DNA of 64,000 nucleotides, taken from positions 130,059 through 194,058 of the forward strand of contig JAUYBG010000010.1 in assembly GCA_030693205.1 (NCBI GenBank), given 5' to 3'. Shown in pieces: positions 30,313 to 40,856 of the stretch (positions within the stretch are counted from its first letter, which is position 1; every line of letters begins with the position of its first letter). Both the position numbers and the translations under genes were made by a program. The notes under the pieces were generated by a model. That model was given only the letters and a program-made list of their open reading frames with translations. It had not been told where the DNA came from and did not search any database. The DNA comes from a bacterium (GTDB taxonomy: Bacteria > Patescibacteriota > Minisyncoccia > JAHIHE01).

Positions 30313-31524
30313 TTAAAAATTATTTAAAAACGAATAGTTGTTTGCCGGATTCCAAAGCATCCACCCTGTCCCGCCAGCCTCATCGCTGGCTTTTATCTGA
30401 ATCTTGATCTTGTCTACGGTATAGATATCGCCCATATTAAAAGCTTGGATCCAGGGGCGAATTTTGGCATTGCTTAATTCTTTTTCCCGAGGGCCAAAAA
30501 CTTCTTTTGTGCTATTATATTCTTCGAGTTTTATTACCGCCTTCTCGATCGCATATTTTACCACTTCATAAGGATGCCTGGCCGGCTCCGCAAAACCCAA
30601 AAAACCTACGGCGTAATGCGACGGATAAACCATCGGGGCTACGGCATCAAAATTTTGATAAGCATTCTCTATGATTTGGCCGATTCCCAGATCATCCTTA
30701 GCCGAAGTTGTTAATCCGAAAACATCAGCGGAAATTCTGACACTGCCCATTTTTTCCCGAAGATAAGTAAAAAATTCTTTTATGCCTTCTTCTTTGGTGA
30801 TCTTCTTTTTATCAAAAAACGGAAAACTCATCGCGCTGAGCCGCCCGTCGGAAGGAAACCTGATATAGTCATAATTTATCTCGTCAAACCCTCGGCTGGC
30901 GGCATCTTGGGAAATTTTTACAATATAATCCCAAACATCTTGCGAACCGGGATCAAGCCAGGCTAAATTCAAATTATCCCTCCACACCCCTCCGGTGATT
31001 CTATTCTTGACCGCCAATTCCGGCCGCGCGGCCGCCAATCTCGGATCCTGAAAAACCACCACTCGCGCGATCACATAAATATTTTCATCATGCAGTTTCT
31101 TGATCAAAGTGTTGATCTTGGGGATCATTATTTTTTCCGCTTTGTATTTGGCGACATCTTCTATCCCGGAGTCGTAAAACACATAACCGGAATAATCCTT
31201 GATATCGATAACTATGGCGTTCAAATTGGCTTTTTTGATCAGCTTGATAAAATTATCTATTTTAGCAGGGTTTCCGGCGGATGTACTGGTGGCATAAAGC
31301 GCTTTTATCGCTTCCGGCGGATCAGCCAAAGGTTTTTCCGGTTCAATATCCCCTTTTTCATGCACTTCCGGCTTTTCAATGCTCATCGCCGGTTTTAAAT
31401 TATCAAAATCGCCGCTGATGAATTTGTCTTTGATCGCCGGCTTGAAAAATAAAAGAAACAAAATTAAACCCGAAGCTAGGGTAAAAAATATTGTCAAAAA
31501 TATTTTGCGATCTTTGCTTTTCAT
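30313..31524 (-). CDS. Putative glycoside hydrolase (DUF4015-like)
   Basis: NAIVIDIKDYSG, GFDEINYDYIRFP and PMVYPSHY motifs. Confidence 0.85.
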   Translation of the reverse strand: MKSKDRKIFLTIFFTLASGLILFLLFFKPAIKDKFISGDFDNLKPAMSIEKPEVHEKGDIEPEKPLADPPEAIKALYATSTSAGNPAKIDNFIKLIKKANLNAIVIDIKDYSGYVFYDSGIEDVAKYKAEKIMIPKINTLIKKLHDENIYVIARVVVFQDPRLAAARPELAVKNRITGGVWRDNLNLAWLDPGSQDVWDYIVKISQDAASRGFDEINYDYIRFPSDGRLSAMSFPFFDKKKITKEEGIKEFFTYLREKMGSVRISADVFGLTTSAKDDLGIGQIIENAYQNFDAVAPMVYPSHYAVGFLGFAEPARHPYEVVKYAIEKAVIKLEEYNSTKEVFGPREKELSNAKIRPWIQAFNMGDIYTVDKIKIQIKASDEAGGTGWMLWNPANNYSFLNNF

Positions 31525-31546
31525 ATTTTAAAACACTAAAGAAAAA

Positions 31547-32248
31547 CTATTTATTCGTTTTTCTTACGATGCACAGCGGCGTTTGTTCATTGGTCTGGCC
31601 GAGAGGATTGTCGCGAAAAACTTTCCTGGCCCAATCATCGGAAATATTCTTGCTGGATTTTCCCAGCACCGATACGCCCAGATCATTGGCGTCAATGATC
31701 ATCACGTCATAGCCAATCTTTCCTTTTAAAAATTCCGCGACTGCGGCCGGATTTTTCGGCCCAAGTTTGGCATATTTGTTATAGGGAGGCAAAGTATAAT
31801 CGCAAGGACCGTCTATCGCGGCGACTTCCTTGCCGGCAATCCTGTAAAACATACCCTTAATGCCAAAAGGTTTCGTGATCGCGGCAACCAAAGCAGCCAA
31901 AAATATCTTTATTGTTCCCGCCTCTCGAACAGCCAGTTCCATTGTCCAGGGGCTGCCGATGCCGATCCCGCTCGGAGTTTTATGGACAAATTTTACCAAA
32001 ATTTTCGCCAAGAACGACGGCTTGATATCTTTGATCGGATAAGACCTGCCTTGCGTGATCGCCACGATCTTCTCGCTGATAAATATCACATCGCCTTCCT
32101 TGAGATAAGGCTTCAAATATTGCGATAATATTGTTTTTAAATCGTCTTTTTCCAAAATTACGTGCGTTTTAACCGGCATCCGCGCATACTGCACGCCATC
32201 AACGCTGATAAACAGGTTTTTGTTTTTATTTGGCGATAAAACATCCAT
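31547..32248 (-). CDS. CofE-like (F420-0:glutamate ligase family) protein
   Basis: ISEKIVAITQGR, AAIDG and IIDANDLG..NPLGQ..QTP motifs. Confidence 0.8.
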   Translation of the reverse strand: MDVLSPNKNKNLFISVDGVQYARMPVKTHVILEKDDLKTILSQYLKPYLKEGDVIFISEKIVAITQGRSYPIKDIKPSFLAKILVKFVHKTPSGIGIGSPWTMELAVREAGTIKIFLAALVAAITKPFGIKGMFYRIAGKEVAAIDGPCDYTLPPYNKYAKLGPKNPAAVAEFLKGKIGYDVMIIDANDLGVSVLGKSSKNISDDWARKVFRDNPLGQTNEQTPLCIVRKTNK

Positions 32249-32257
32249 AATATTTTT

Positions 32258-33325
32258 CTAATTACAAACTACGCAATGAAGATACTCAACCGTTTTACTT
32301 GCTTTATAATTTCTATTTTTCGCCTTGTCCGCCTTAAAACGGTTATAATCTTTGGTAAAAAAACTATACTTACCTCTCAAGCTCATTATTTCTTTTATGT
32401 CTGCCAACGTTAGCAATCCTTCATTATTATAACTCAAAAAAATATATCTTGCCTTTGCCTTTAAAATCAAATCCTTGAACGCTTTTTTTACCTGAACTCT
32501 TGAACAATAAAGAGATTTTTGTTTTTGATATTCTCGTAAACCAGTTTTTCCGTGAATTTTTGGATTATCATATTTAGCAATTGTTTCAAGTAAATGATAA
32601 TTCGTTGCATACTGCCGCTGATTGTATGGGGGATCTAAATATAAAATATCACCTTCAACTTTCTCTATTACTGTATTTATATCTTCATTTAAAACTTTAT
32701 GCTCTTGATCGTTTATTATCATTTCTGCCGGCTTTAAAACTAAACCGTTTTGAGCGGTTTTCTTTAGTTTTTTAAGAAATGCCCCATAAACAGAAGCCGT
32801 ATTAGCGTTTTTATCAACTGATTCTAGTAAGCTTGTAATTAAAAAATAATATTCATTGTCGGAAATTAATTTTTCTTTTTTCCATTTTTCAATTTTCTGG
32901 CGTATGGCATCACACCTCATGCCATTTTCATCGGAAAAATATTGCCGCGGCACTTTTTGTTTTTTCGTGCCGCCCAAACAATAATTTTTATAAATAAATC
33001 CTTTCTCGCCTTTTAGATTCGATAAGTAACCGCAAACAAGATTTTTCCGATCTTTTGTTTTAATATTTCTCAAATTTGGAATTTCTTTTAATAATTTAGA
33101 AAAGGTTAATTCTTTGTGATTACCAATATAATGCCTATTCAAAACATAACTATAATATTGAATATCATTAGCGATTATTTTATAGCCCTTTTTCTTAAAA
33201 TAACTTCCCACGATTCCAGTTCCCGCAAACAAATCGCAAAAAGTATCGCAGTTTTTATCAACTACTTTTTCTATGGATTCTTCCAAGAACTTCAACAGTG
33301 ATAATTTTGAGCCGATATAATTCAT
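32258..33325 (-). CDS. DNA adenine methyltransferase (D12 class)
   Basis: MNYIGSK, DLFAGTG and YLDPPYN motifs. Confidence 0.92.
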   Translation of the reverse strand: MNYIGSKLSLLKFLEESIEKVVDKNCDTFCDLFAGTGIVGSYFKKKGYKIIANDIQYYSYVLNRHYIGNHKELTFSKLLKEIPNLRNIKTKDRKNLVCGYLSNLKGEKGFIYKNYCLGGTKKQKVPRQYFSDENGMRCDAIRQKIEKWKKEKLISDNEYYFLITSLLESVDKNANTASVYGAFLKKLKKTAQNGLVLKPAEMIINDQEHKVLNEDINTVIEKVEGDILYLDPPYNQRQYATNYHLLETIAKYDNPKIHGKTGLREYQKQKSLYCSRVQVKKAFKDLILKAKARYIFLSYNNEGLLTLADIKEIMSLRGKYSFFTKDYNRFKADKAKNRNYKASKTVEYLHCVVCN

Positions 33326-34953
33326 AGCTTGCCATTTAATAATGATTCAAACTCGAGTCTACTAATATAATGTCCGATACTAATAAAATCTTCCTTTTTA
33401 TTTTGTTTTATTAGATCATCTATTGCTTTATAACTAGATGAATATTCTTTGCTTAAATTTAACTTAGGTAATTTATTTTGCAGAGAACTAAACAATTTAT
33501 CCATTTTTTTAGAATTTTTATTCCAAACCATTGTTGCTATATGTAGCGAAGCGTAAAAACTCAATTCATCATCTTGTTTTCTCCTCCCAAAACAATATTT
33601 ATAAACCAAATAAGCAAGCAAAAGTTTTTTAGGATCTTGCTCAAATATTTCTGTATAATATTTATTAATATTAAACATATCGCCTTCTCTGTTCCTCATC
33701 GCAACAGATGGTTTCCGACAAATTAAAGATAGCGATATTTGAGCAAGAAGTCTGCTACTAATTATATCAATAAATTTCTCTGGTCTTCTTTGTTCTCTTT
33801 GTCTTTCGTAAAATATATCGAACTTGCCAAAAAATTCTGCTATAGCCAATTGTTTAGGGTCGTTTGACATCAAATCTCTATTACCAACAGATATTTGATT
33901 ATTCGTTGCTTTGGCTATGCTATTCACAAAACCTTCGCCACCACCAGTATATACTCTACATAAAACCTTAACTTCTTCCTTTAATTCTTTCTTTTGGAAA
34001 GCTTCGTATAATACACGAGCGGTTTGTTGACCATTAACAATTTGTAAATTTTTTATTTTAATAACTCCCTTATCGCTATTTGGAGTAGCTGAATCACCAA
34101 CAATAGTTATTCCATTATTTAAAAACCAAAATAAATTAGCTTTATCGCTCTTGCAAGTTTCGTATATTTCATTATTGCTTTTTTTATATTTAAACCAACC
34201 CCTAACATTCTTTTCAAAAAGTTTTTCACCATTTTCATGTACCAATTTAGCAATTGCACTACCTTTAACCGTCAACAAATAACCAAGCACACCATTACTA
34301 ATCACTTCCGGCTTTAAAATTCTTTCCTTGTCATAATATTCAATTTCAATTTCTTTGTGCTTTAAAGATTCCATTAAAGATAATTTTTTCTTATATAAAC
34401 TTGCCCCATTTATTATATTTATAGATAACTTAGCTTTCGGATATTCAAAAGAAATAAGCTTAGAAAATTTCTTTTCAATGCTTTTTCTTTCCCTTTCTAC
34501 TTTATCGTTAATTTTTGAACCATTAAATACGCTATAAAAAATATTTATATATATTATAGAATCTTTAATATCTCTTATGTCTGCTATCCTTTTAACTAGC
34601 TTGAAATTTTTTAACTTCTTATAAACATTTTCTTTTTCTTCAAAAACATATTCTAACCCTCGTCTTAATTTTTTTAAATCATTTTCCGAATAATTATCTT
34701 TTCCTGACTTACAGTTAATTATAGTAATAATACTATCTTCGTCTAATTCGTTAACATTTATTACATCAATGCCATTTTCGTCATTGCCATCAACAATATC
34801 TGATTCCTTAATATCTTCATAATCTATGTTTGACAATATTGACATACATAAATAATGAAAGGCATTTGCCCTTTTCTTTTTTATTTCTTTGGAGAAAAAA
34901 TTGTTTTCAATTTTTTCTATCTCAATATTTAATGCGCTTTTTTCTGGCTTCAT
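33322..34953 (-). CDS. AIPR family protein
   Basis: FEKNVRG, FWFLNNGITIV, QIVNGQQT and ATNNQ motifs. Confidence 0.9.
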   Translation of the reverse strand: MKPEKSALNIEIEKIENNFFSKEIKKKRANAFHYLCMSILSNIDYEDIKESDIVDGNDENGIDVINVNELDEDSIITIINCKSGKDNYSENDLKKLRRGLEYVFEEKENVYKKLKNFKLVKRIADIRDIKDSIIYINIFYSVFNGSKINDKVERERKSIEKKFSKLISFEYPKAKLSINIINGASLYKKKLSLMESLKHKEIEIEYYDKERILKPEVISNGVLGYLLTVKGSAIAKLVHENGEKLFEKNVRGWFKYKKSNNEIYETCKSDKANLFWFLNNGITIVGDSATPNSDKGVIKIKNLQIVNGQQTARVLYEAFQKKELKEEVKVLCRVYTGGGEGFVNSIAKATNNQISVGNRDLMSNDPKQLAIAEFFGKFDIFYERQREQRRPEKFIDIISSRLLAQISLSLICRKPSVAMRNREGDMFNINKYYTEIFEQDPKKLLLAYLVYKYCFGRRKQDDELSFYASLHIATMVWNKNSKKMDKLFSSLQNKLPKLNLSKEYSSSYKAIDDLIKQNKKEDFISIGHYISRLEFESLLNGKL

Positions 34954-34971
34954 AATAATTATACAATAAAA

Positions 34972-35253
34972 TTACGAAACAAATCGCTTTCTAATTTTTA
35001 AAATATTATTACCTTTTTTATTTTCCTGAAATAAATCTCTCGGATCAACATTGAAAAACTTAGCCAATTCAACAACATTGCTTTTTATTGGATTATATTT
35101 ATCCGATAAAATATTAGAAAGCTGATTTTTGGAAATACCAAGCATACGAGCAAGTTCAGAAAAATTGTCAATTTTCTTTTTCGCCATAAGTTCTTTAATT
35201 TTATATCTATCTATCCTCATAATCATTCTAACATACAAATTAACTTTATACAA
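34972..35253 (-). CDS. XRE-family HTH regulator (RM controller-like)
   Basis: SELARMLGISKNQLSNIL motif; the true start is probably a downstream Met. Confidence 0.8.
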   Translation of the reverse strand: MYKVNLYVRMIMRIDRYKIKELMAKKKIDNFSELARMLGISKNQLSNILSDKYNPIKSNVVELAKFFNVDPRDLFQENKKGNNILKIRKRFVS

Positions 35254-35265
35254 GTATTTTATTAA

Positions 35266-35937
35266 CTATATACTCTCTATGATTTTATTTAATTCATCCC
35301 TCCACTTATAAGGATTATTCCAAAAACACCCTCTACAACCTTCTTTATCATGTTTATCAATTTCTTTATCCCATTCTTCGCCCCCTTCAAACCAATAGTA
35401 TATTCCTGGGAAACGGCCTCTTTTCCCAGTTTTATAACAATTCTCACAATGTCTAGACTTCAAAAGATTGCTACTTCTTGTCAGGAGAATAAACTTGTCC
35501 TTAATTTCATCTTCTAACATATCTCGATTGTTTGCATCTTCATTTTTATTCCATCTTACTTGTGGAAATTTATGATCTATCTCCAACTCTTTTGGCATCA
35601 TTTTTCTCAAAAACAAGGCATCCTCAAATTTCAAAACTTCTTTAATTCTTTTCGCTAGTTTTTGCGGCAAACCAGAGCGCGTTTTCGTATCATCAGAAAT
35701 TTTTAATGATTTTAATTTTCTGTGGATAGTTTTATTTTTGCATTTTTCACAAAATATTTTTTTAAATAAATTTCCCTTTTCGTCCTTGTCTAATTGTATT
35801 CCTTGATGTCGCCACATTTGCCAAGTTTTCGCCTGACCGGATTTTAATTCACATTTTGTGCAATGCCATTTTAAATCTTTCAATATTTCAAAATCGTGAT
35901 GAGATGTTGTGTTTGGTTTAAAAAAATTCATATTCAA
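35266..35937 (-). CDS. HNH/Zn-binding putative restriction endonuclease
   Basis: LEIDHKFP..SNLLKS motif, several CxxC pairs, flanked by methyltransferases. Confidence 0.7.
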   Translation of the reverse strand: MNMNFFKPNTTSHHDFEILKDLKWHCTKCELKSGQAKTWQMWRHQGIQLDKDEKGNLFKKIFCEKCKNKTIHRKLKSLKISDDTKTRSGLPQKLAKRIKEVLKFEDALFLRKMMPKELEIDHKFPQVRWNKNEDANNRDMLEDEIKDKFILLTRSSNLLKSRHCENCYKTGKRGRFPGIYYWFEGGEEWDKEIDKHDKEGCRGCFWNNPYKWRDELNKIIESI

Positions 35938-36720
35938 TTAATTCTTAAAAATTAAAATGTATTCGTGTTTAAAAATATAATAGTCGCTTGTAAGCGCGCG
36001 ATATCGCCAAATCGCTTCCTTGTTTTGTTTAGCTCGATTACCCGCCATATTCTTAATAATAACACTTTTAAGCGTTAAACCTAGCTTGTAAGCCTCATTC
36101 ATACAATAAAAACCCAACGGAATCCACTCTCCTTTTTCATATTTATCTCCCATAACAATAGCCAAATATCTATTTTTTTCTAAAACCGAAATTGTATTTT
36201 TAACTACCAAAGAAAATTTTTCTAAAAATTCGTGAAGATCTTTAGCGTTTGATAAATCGTTTTTGTCTGAACTAAATTTTATAATATTTGCGTATGGTGG
36301 ATGTAAAATGGCCAGCTGAACTTTTGTGCGTCTATGCCTCTTTAACGCTTCATTGATTTTTAAAAAAGTTTTTTCATTGGAACTATCGGCTGTTAAAATT
36401 TCAAAAAAGTTTCTTTTGCTGTCTAATTTATCTTGTGTGTGTTTTACTAGCTGAGGTTGAATTTCGATCCCAATGCAGTTTCGTTTTAGCGTCTCGCACT
36501 CATACGCAGTCGTACCGCTGCCTAAAAATGGGTCAAAAACAATATCGTTTTCTTTTGTATATCTTGAAATTAGCTGTCTTGGAATTTGTGGCACAAAATT
36601 ACCGTGAAAAAATCCACTATGTTTTCCTGAATTATCTCTTTCTTTAATAATCCAAAGACTATCAGTCCAAATTTCTGATTCTTTCCAATTATCCAAATTT
36701 AAATCATTGAAAATTGGCAT
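35938..36720 (-). CDS. DNA methyltransferase (N4/N6)
   Basis: DPFLGSGTT and LHPPY motifs. Confidence 0.88.
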   Translation of the reverse strand: MPIFNDLNLDNWKESEIWTDSLWIIKERDNSGKHSGFFHGNFVPQIPRQLISRYTKENDIVFDPFLGSGTTAYECETLKRNCIGIEIQPQLVKHTQDKLDSKRNFFEILTADSSNEKTFLKINEALKRHRRTKVQLAILHPPYANIIKFSSDKNDLSNAKDLHEFLEKFSLVVKNTISVLEKNRYLAIVMGDKYEKGEWIPLGFYCMNEAYKLGLTLKSVIIKNMAGNRAKQNKEAIWRYRALTSDYYIFKHEYILIFKN

Positions 36721-36793
36721 ATAAGCTATATTATTAAATTGTTAACGCGATCCTCGGACGCTTTAGCAGTTAAAAAGCTTTTGGTCTTTAATT

Positions 36794-38317
36794 TTATCTT
36801 TCCTGCGCCCTAACCCGATACTGCAGCGCTTCGGCAATATGCTCTACCTTGATTCTATCGCTTCCGGCCAAATCCGCAATAGTCCGGCCGATCTTGATAA
36901 CCCGATGATAACTTCTCGCGGAAAGGTGAAATTGCTCCATCGCTCTCGATAATATCGCCAAAGCGTCTTCTTCCAGGCGCGAGAACTTTTTCAGTATTTC
37001 CGGGGTCATTTCGGAGTTAGTGCTGATTTTTTTATTGGCAAATCTTTTCTCCTGGATCAGCCTCGCGCGCACCACCCGCTCGCGGATGCGCTCCGAAGAT
37101 TCTTCCAGCGCATCGCTGGCCAGGCTTTCTTTTTTTACTTCCGGAACTTCGACGAAGAGATCCACCCGGTCAAGCAAAGGTCCGGATATTTTTTTCTGAT
37201 ACTTATTTATTTGGGAAAAACTGCAGCGGCATTCGTGATGAGGATTGCCAAAAAATCCGCACGGGCAAGGATTCATGCTGGCGATCAGCGAGAATTTGGC
37301 GGGGAAAGAAAGCGATCCTTGCGCCCGGGAGATCGTTACCGTGCCGTCTTCCAAGGGCTGGCGCAAGCTTTCCAGAAGCTGCCTGGGAAATTCCGGCAAT
37401 TCATCAAGAAAAAGAATTCCCCGATGCGCCAGACTGATCTCGCCGGGCCTGGGAAATTGTCCGCCACCGACCAGCGCGATCGCGGAGGCCGAATGATGAG
37501 GGCTGCGGAAAGGCCGCTCGATCGCAAACGGATCGGTTGAGGACAAAGTTCCGCTGATGCTATAGATCTTGATCACTTCAATCGCCTCCTTTTCGTTGAG
37601 AGGCGGCATGATCGAAGGCATTGAACGGGCAAGCAGGGTTTTACCCGATCCCGGCGGACCGCTCATGATCACATTGTGCGCGCCGCTGGCCGCAATTTCG
37701 AGCGCCCGCTTGGCATGCGCCTGGCCTTTTATAAAAGCCATATTGGTATCGGTGTTTATCCTTTGCTTAAAAGAAAATCTTGGAGCTTTAAAAGGGCTGA
37801 TCTTCGCCTTGCCGATCAAATGCGCTATCAATTGTTGAAAATTTTCTATTGGATAAATCTCAAGCCCGCTGATCAAGCTCGCTTCCAAGGCGTTGATCTT
37901 GGGAATATATAATTTTTTAAATCCTTTGCTTTTGGCAAAAATCGCAATCGGCAGCACTCCGGCCACGTGGCGCAACGCGCCATTTAAAGCCAACTCTCCG
38001 ACAAACACGCTATCCTCTAAATTTATTTTTCCGAGCTGGCCGCTCGCCGCCATCACTCCGATCGCGATCGGCAAATCGTAAGAAGGCCCTTCTTTTTTTA
38101 TATCCGCCGGCGCAAGATTTATCGTAATCCTCGAATGAGGAAATTTAAATCCGGAATTTTTTATGGCTGACTTTATCCGCTCTTTCGATTCCTGCACCGC
38201 CGTGTCCGGAAGCCCGACGACTGTGATCGCCGCGAGTCCCGGAGTAATATCCACTTCCGCTTCGATCTGTATCCCGTCCAGCCCCCAAACCGCGCTGGAA
38301 TTTATTTTTGAGATCAT
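36794..38317 (-). CDS. comM: ComM/YifB Mg-chelatase-like AAA+ ATPase
   Basis: VGLPDTAVQES, GPPGSGKT, FRSPHH, PGEISLAHRG and MNPCPCG motifs. Confidence 0.93.
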   Translation of the reverse strand: MISKINSSAVWGLDGIQIEAEVDITPGLAAITVVGLPDTAVQESKERIKSAIKNSGFKFPHSRITINLAPADIKKEGPSYDLPIAIGVMAASGQLGKINLEDSVFVGELALNGALRHVAGVLPIAIFAKSKGFKKLYIPKINALEASLISGLEIYPIENFQQLIAHLIGKAKISPFKAPRFSFKQRINTDTNMAFIKGQAHAKRALEIAASGAHNVIMSGPPGSGKTLLARSMPSIMPPLNEKEAIEVIKIYSISGTLSSTDPFAIERPFRSPHHSASAIALVGGGQFPRPGEISLAHRGILFLDELPEFPRQLLESLRQPLEDGTVTISRAQGSLSFPAKFSLIASMNPCPCGFFGNPHHECRCSFSQINKYQKKISGPLLDRVDLFVEVPEVKKESLASDALEESSERIRERVVRARLIQEKRFANKKISTNSEMTPEILKKFSRLEEDALAILSRAMEQFHLSARSYHRVIKIGRTIADLAGSDRIKVEHIAEALQYRVRAQER

Positions 38318-38329
38318 AGATTTAAATAA

Positions 38330-38818
38330 TTATATTTTTTTAAATTTACCCTTTCCTGTATCGGGCAAAAATTTTTCCAGCAATTTTATCACTCCTATCG
38401 CGATAAACACATCCGCCAGGTTGAAGATCACGATATCTTTAAAATTTATAAAATCAATGATGTATCCGAAACTGACCCGATCAATTATATTTCCCAAAGC
38501 GCCGCCCAAAATAAAACTGACTGCCAGGATCTCTCTCTTCCCCATTTCCCTGAAATTTAATAACTTGCCGCTCGCGAGCCACGCAAAAAATAAAATAATA
38601 ATAATATAAAAAACCCCGGCATTTACCGGAAGGCCAAAAGCAATGCCGTAATTTTTATAAATTTCCAATCTGAAATAATCGCTAATATAAAACGGCGAAG
38701 CCGATAACCAAAATACGGCTATTTTTTTTACCGCCTGATCCAATACAACAAAGCCAATCACTAATAAAACAATGATTGGCAAAAATATTTTTCTGCTAAT
38801 ATTAATTTTCATGCTCAT
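38330..38818 (-). CDS. lspA: Lipoprotein signal peptidase II
   Basis: NYGIAFG, GGALGNIIDR and FNLADV motifs. Confidence 0.92.
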   Translation of the reverse strand: MSMKINISRKIFLPIIVLLVIGFVVLDQAVKKIAVFWLSASPFYISDYFRLEIYKNYGIAFGLPVNAGVFYIIIILFFAWLASGKLLNFREMGKREILAVSFILGGALGNIIDRVSFGYIIDFINFKDIVIFNLADVFIAIGVIKLLEKFLPDTGKGKFKKI

Positions 38819-38837
38819 AATTACCGTAAATTAAAAA

Positions 38838-38919
38838 TGTCATCCTGAACTTGTTTCAGGATCTTTAGTTTTCTACAAATGGCTCATATTATAGATTCTG
38901 AAATAAATTCAGAATGACA
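38838..38919. repeat. REP-like palindromic element
   Basis: tgtcatcctgaacttgtttcaggatct ... agattctgaaataaattcagaatgaca; each arm is a hairpin and the two arms are mutually complementary. Confidence 0.75.
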
Positions 38920-38970
38920 AAACTGATTTTTCATAATCAAGCCCCATTCTAATTTTATTTACATTCATGG

Positions 38971-39085
38971 CCCCAACACCAAATTCCACAATAAAGTATG
39001 ATTTTATATGTAAGATAATTTCTCGGAATCGCCTACGGCTTGCTCTTTTTTATTTACAAAAATTTTCTTTAGAATTGGTGCGGGG
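38971..39085. mobile_element. MITE-like repeat, copy 2, overlapping the 3' end of the dksA-like gene
   Basis: CCCCAACACCAAATTC ... GAATTGGTGCGGGG; homologous to 10200-10310. Confidence 0.65.
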
Positions 39086-39460
39086 TGAACATTTAATACA
39101 GGTCTTTGCTTCAGGGAACGCTTTCAGGCGCTTAATATCGATGGTCTGGGGCGCGCCGCAATTTGTACAAATTCCATAAGTACCGTCATCCATTTTTTTC
39201 AAAGCTTCGTTGATTGCCGCCAGATCTTTTTCCAGCGTATGTTCTACTCCTAAATTATCTTCATACATCTCCACTTCGCTGGCGTTTTCTTCCGGCCGGT
39301 CGCCAACTTGCTCGAATTTAGTGTCAAAATCCCCTTTTAAGTCCTTGCTCTTGCCGGCAAATGTCTCCAGTTGAGCGGTTATTTTGCCCTTTTTTTCAAT
39401 CAGAGCCTTTTTTAATTCTTCTAAAGTCTTTGCGTCAATATTCGCTTTATTTTTTGCCAT
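39050..39460 (-). CDS. TraR/DksA C4 zinc-finger protein
   Basis: GTYGICTNCG..RLKAFPEAKTCIKC motif. Confidence 0.9.
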   Translation of the reverse strand: MAKNKANIDAKTLEELKKALIEKKGKITAQLETFAGKSKDLKGDFDTKFEQVGDRPEENASEVEMYEDNLGVEHTLEKDLAAINEALKKMDDGTYGICTNCGAPQTIDIKRLKAFPEAKTCIKCSPRTNSKENFCK

Positions 39461-39560
39461 ATGGATCTTTTGATAAATTACTTAAATCAAATTTTAATTA
39501 CCCTATCATTTTATCATACTTACAATTAAAATCAACACCGGAAGCGAACACGGGATGTTG

Positions 39561-39618
39561 ACCCTGTTAAATCCGGCAGAGCCGGAATTCTGCTTATGGC
39601 AGAATTATTTAACGGGGT
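39561..39618. repeat. Short palindromic element (ACCCTGTTAAAT...ATTTAACGGGGT)
   Basis: Terminal inverted arms enclosing two internal hairpins. Confidence 0.65.
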
Positions 39619-39698
39619 TGACAAAATAAAATTTTTAAAGTAAAGTTTACTTAACTTGTTCTTTAAAATTTATATAAAATTAAAAGGAGGTAATAATC

Positions 39699-40757
39699 TT
39701 GATACAGAAAAAACTTAACACTTTCTTCAAAGAACCATTAGATCCTTTAAAAACAACCAGAGGAAGACAATTCGGGCGTAATGGCGATGAAAAATATCTA
39801 ACAGGTATTCCTTGGCCAATTATAGCCGAATCAGAACTGTGGGAAAGCAAAGCGATAAGAAGAATGCCGTTTAAAACCCAGGTTTTTTGCCAGCCGGAAA
39901 ATCCCCATATTAGAAATCGCATGATTCATACCTTTGATGTGATTTCAGTAATTGTGCGAGCTGCTGCTCAACTTGGTTTAAATATTGATTTTTGCCGAGT
40001 AATAGCAATAGCTCATGATTTTGGACACGGACCATACGGCCATCTTTTCGAAACAATTACCGGGATCAAGCACCCTTTGAACGGCGCGAACATATTGCAT
40101 CATATCGAAAGAAAAGGGATCGGATTAAATCTAAACTATGAAATATATAAAGCGGTAATGAACCACTCAAGAGACAGAGCCGATGTACATATGGATGAAA
40201 AAGAAATAAGCGAAATAAGTCTGCTTGTTTGGGCAGACAAAATCGCTTACACCATGTCCGATACAAACGACCTCAAGAGAGAGGGGCTGATCCTCGAAAA
40301 AGATATGCCAGAAGGTATTTTAAAACTCGGCAACGGCATAAATGCTCAAAGAAAAAGAGAAGAGTCTTGCATTATCGCTTTAGTTGAAGAAAGTCTGGAA
40401 AAAGGGAAGATTTCTTTTACAGAAAGCGAGGAAGCGAAAATTTTTAAGGAAACCAGAGATTGGCTGTACAAAAATATTTATACACAGCTGGATTATAAGG
40501 AAGAGAGAATAATTATGGGGGAAGAACTTAAAATAGCTCTCGAACATATCAGAGATAACAGTCTATGCGGAAATCTAGCGCCGGAATTCGCACTAAGCCT
40601 TGCAACGGATCCGGAGGTAAGAAATCTGATTAAAAAACTTAACAAAAAAAACCTATCGAAAAAAAAACGTGAAAAAATAAATATCCCCTCTTTATCCGAA
40701 ATAATCCCATCATTAAACGGCAAAGAAATCGACCACACCAAAAGTCCGCTATGGTGA
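39699..40757 (+). CDS. dGTPase-like HD-domain phosphohydrolase
   Basis: RRMPFKTQVF, RNRMIHT, AHDFGHGPYGH and ADKIAY..D motifs. Confidence 0.85.
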   Translation: MIQKKLNTFFKEPLDPLKTTRGRQFGRNGDEKYLTGIPWPIIAESELWESKAIRRMPFKTQVFCQPENPHIRNRMIHTFDVISVIVRAAAQLGLNIDFCRVIAIAHDFGHGPYGHLFETITGIKHPLNGANILHHIERKGIGLNLNYEIYKAVMNHSRDRADVHMDEKEISEISLLVWADKIAYTMSDTNDLKREGLILEKDMPEGILKLGNGINAQRKREESCIIALVEESLEKGKISFTESEEAKIFKETRDWLYKNIYTQLDYKEERIIMGEELKIALEHIRDNSLCGNLAPEFALSLATDPEVRNLIKKLNKKNLSKKKREKINIPSLSEIIPSLNGKEIDHTKSPLW

Positions 40758-40816
40758 AATAAAATTTAAAAAACTTATCCGTCAAAATCGTTTGACGGCT
40801 TTTTTCTTATTTTACC

Positions 40817-40856
40817 TAAATAAAAGAACAGGGTTGATACCCCGTTCTTTTATTTA
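40817..40856. terminator. Intrinsic terminator-like hairpin
   Basis: taaaagaacaggg-ttgatac-cccgttctttta. Confidence 0.65.

Noticed and set aside
31547-32248. Evidence for F420 biosynthesis
   Set aside because: Stand-alone CofE-like proteins are widespread and no other cof genes are present in the window.
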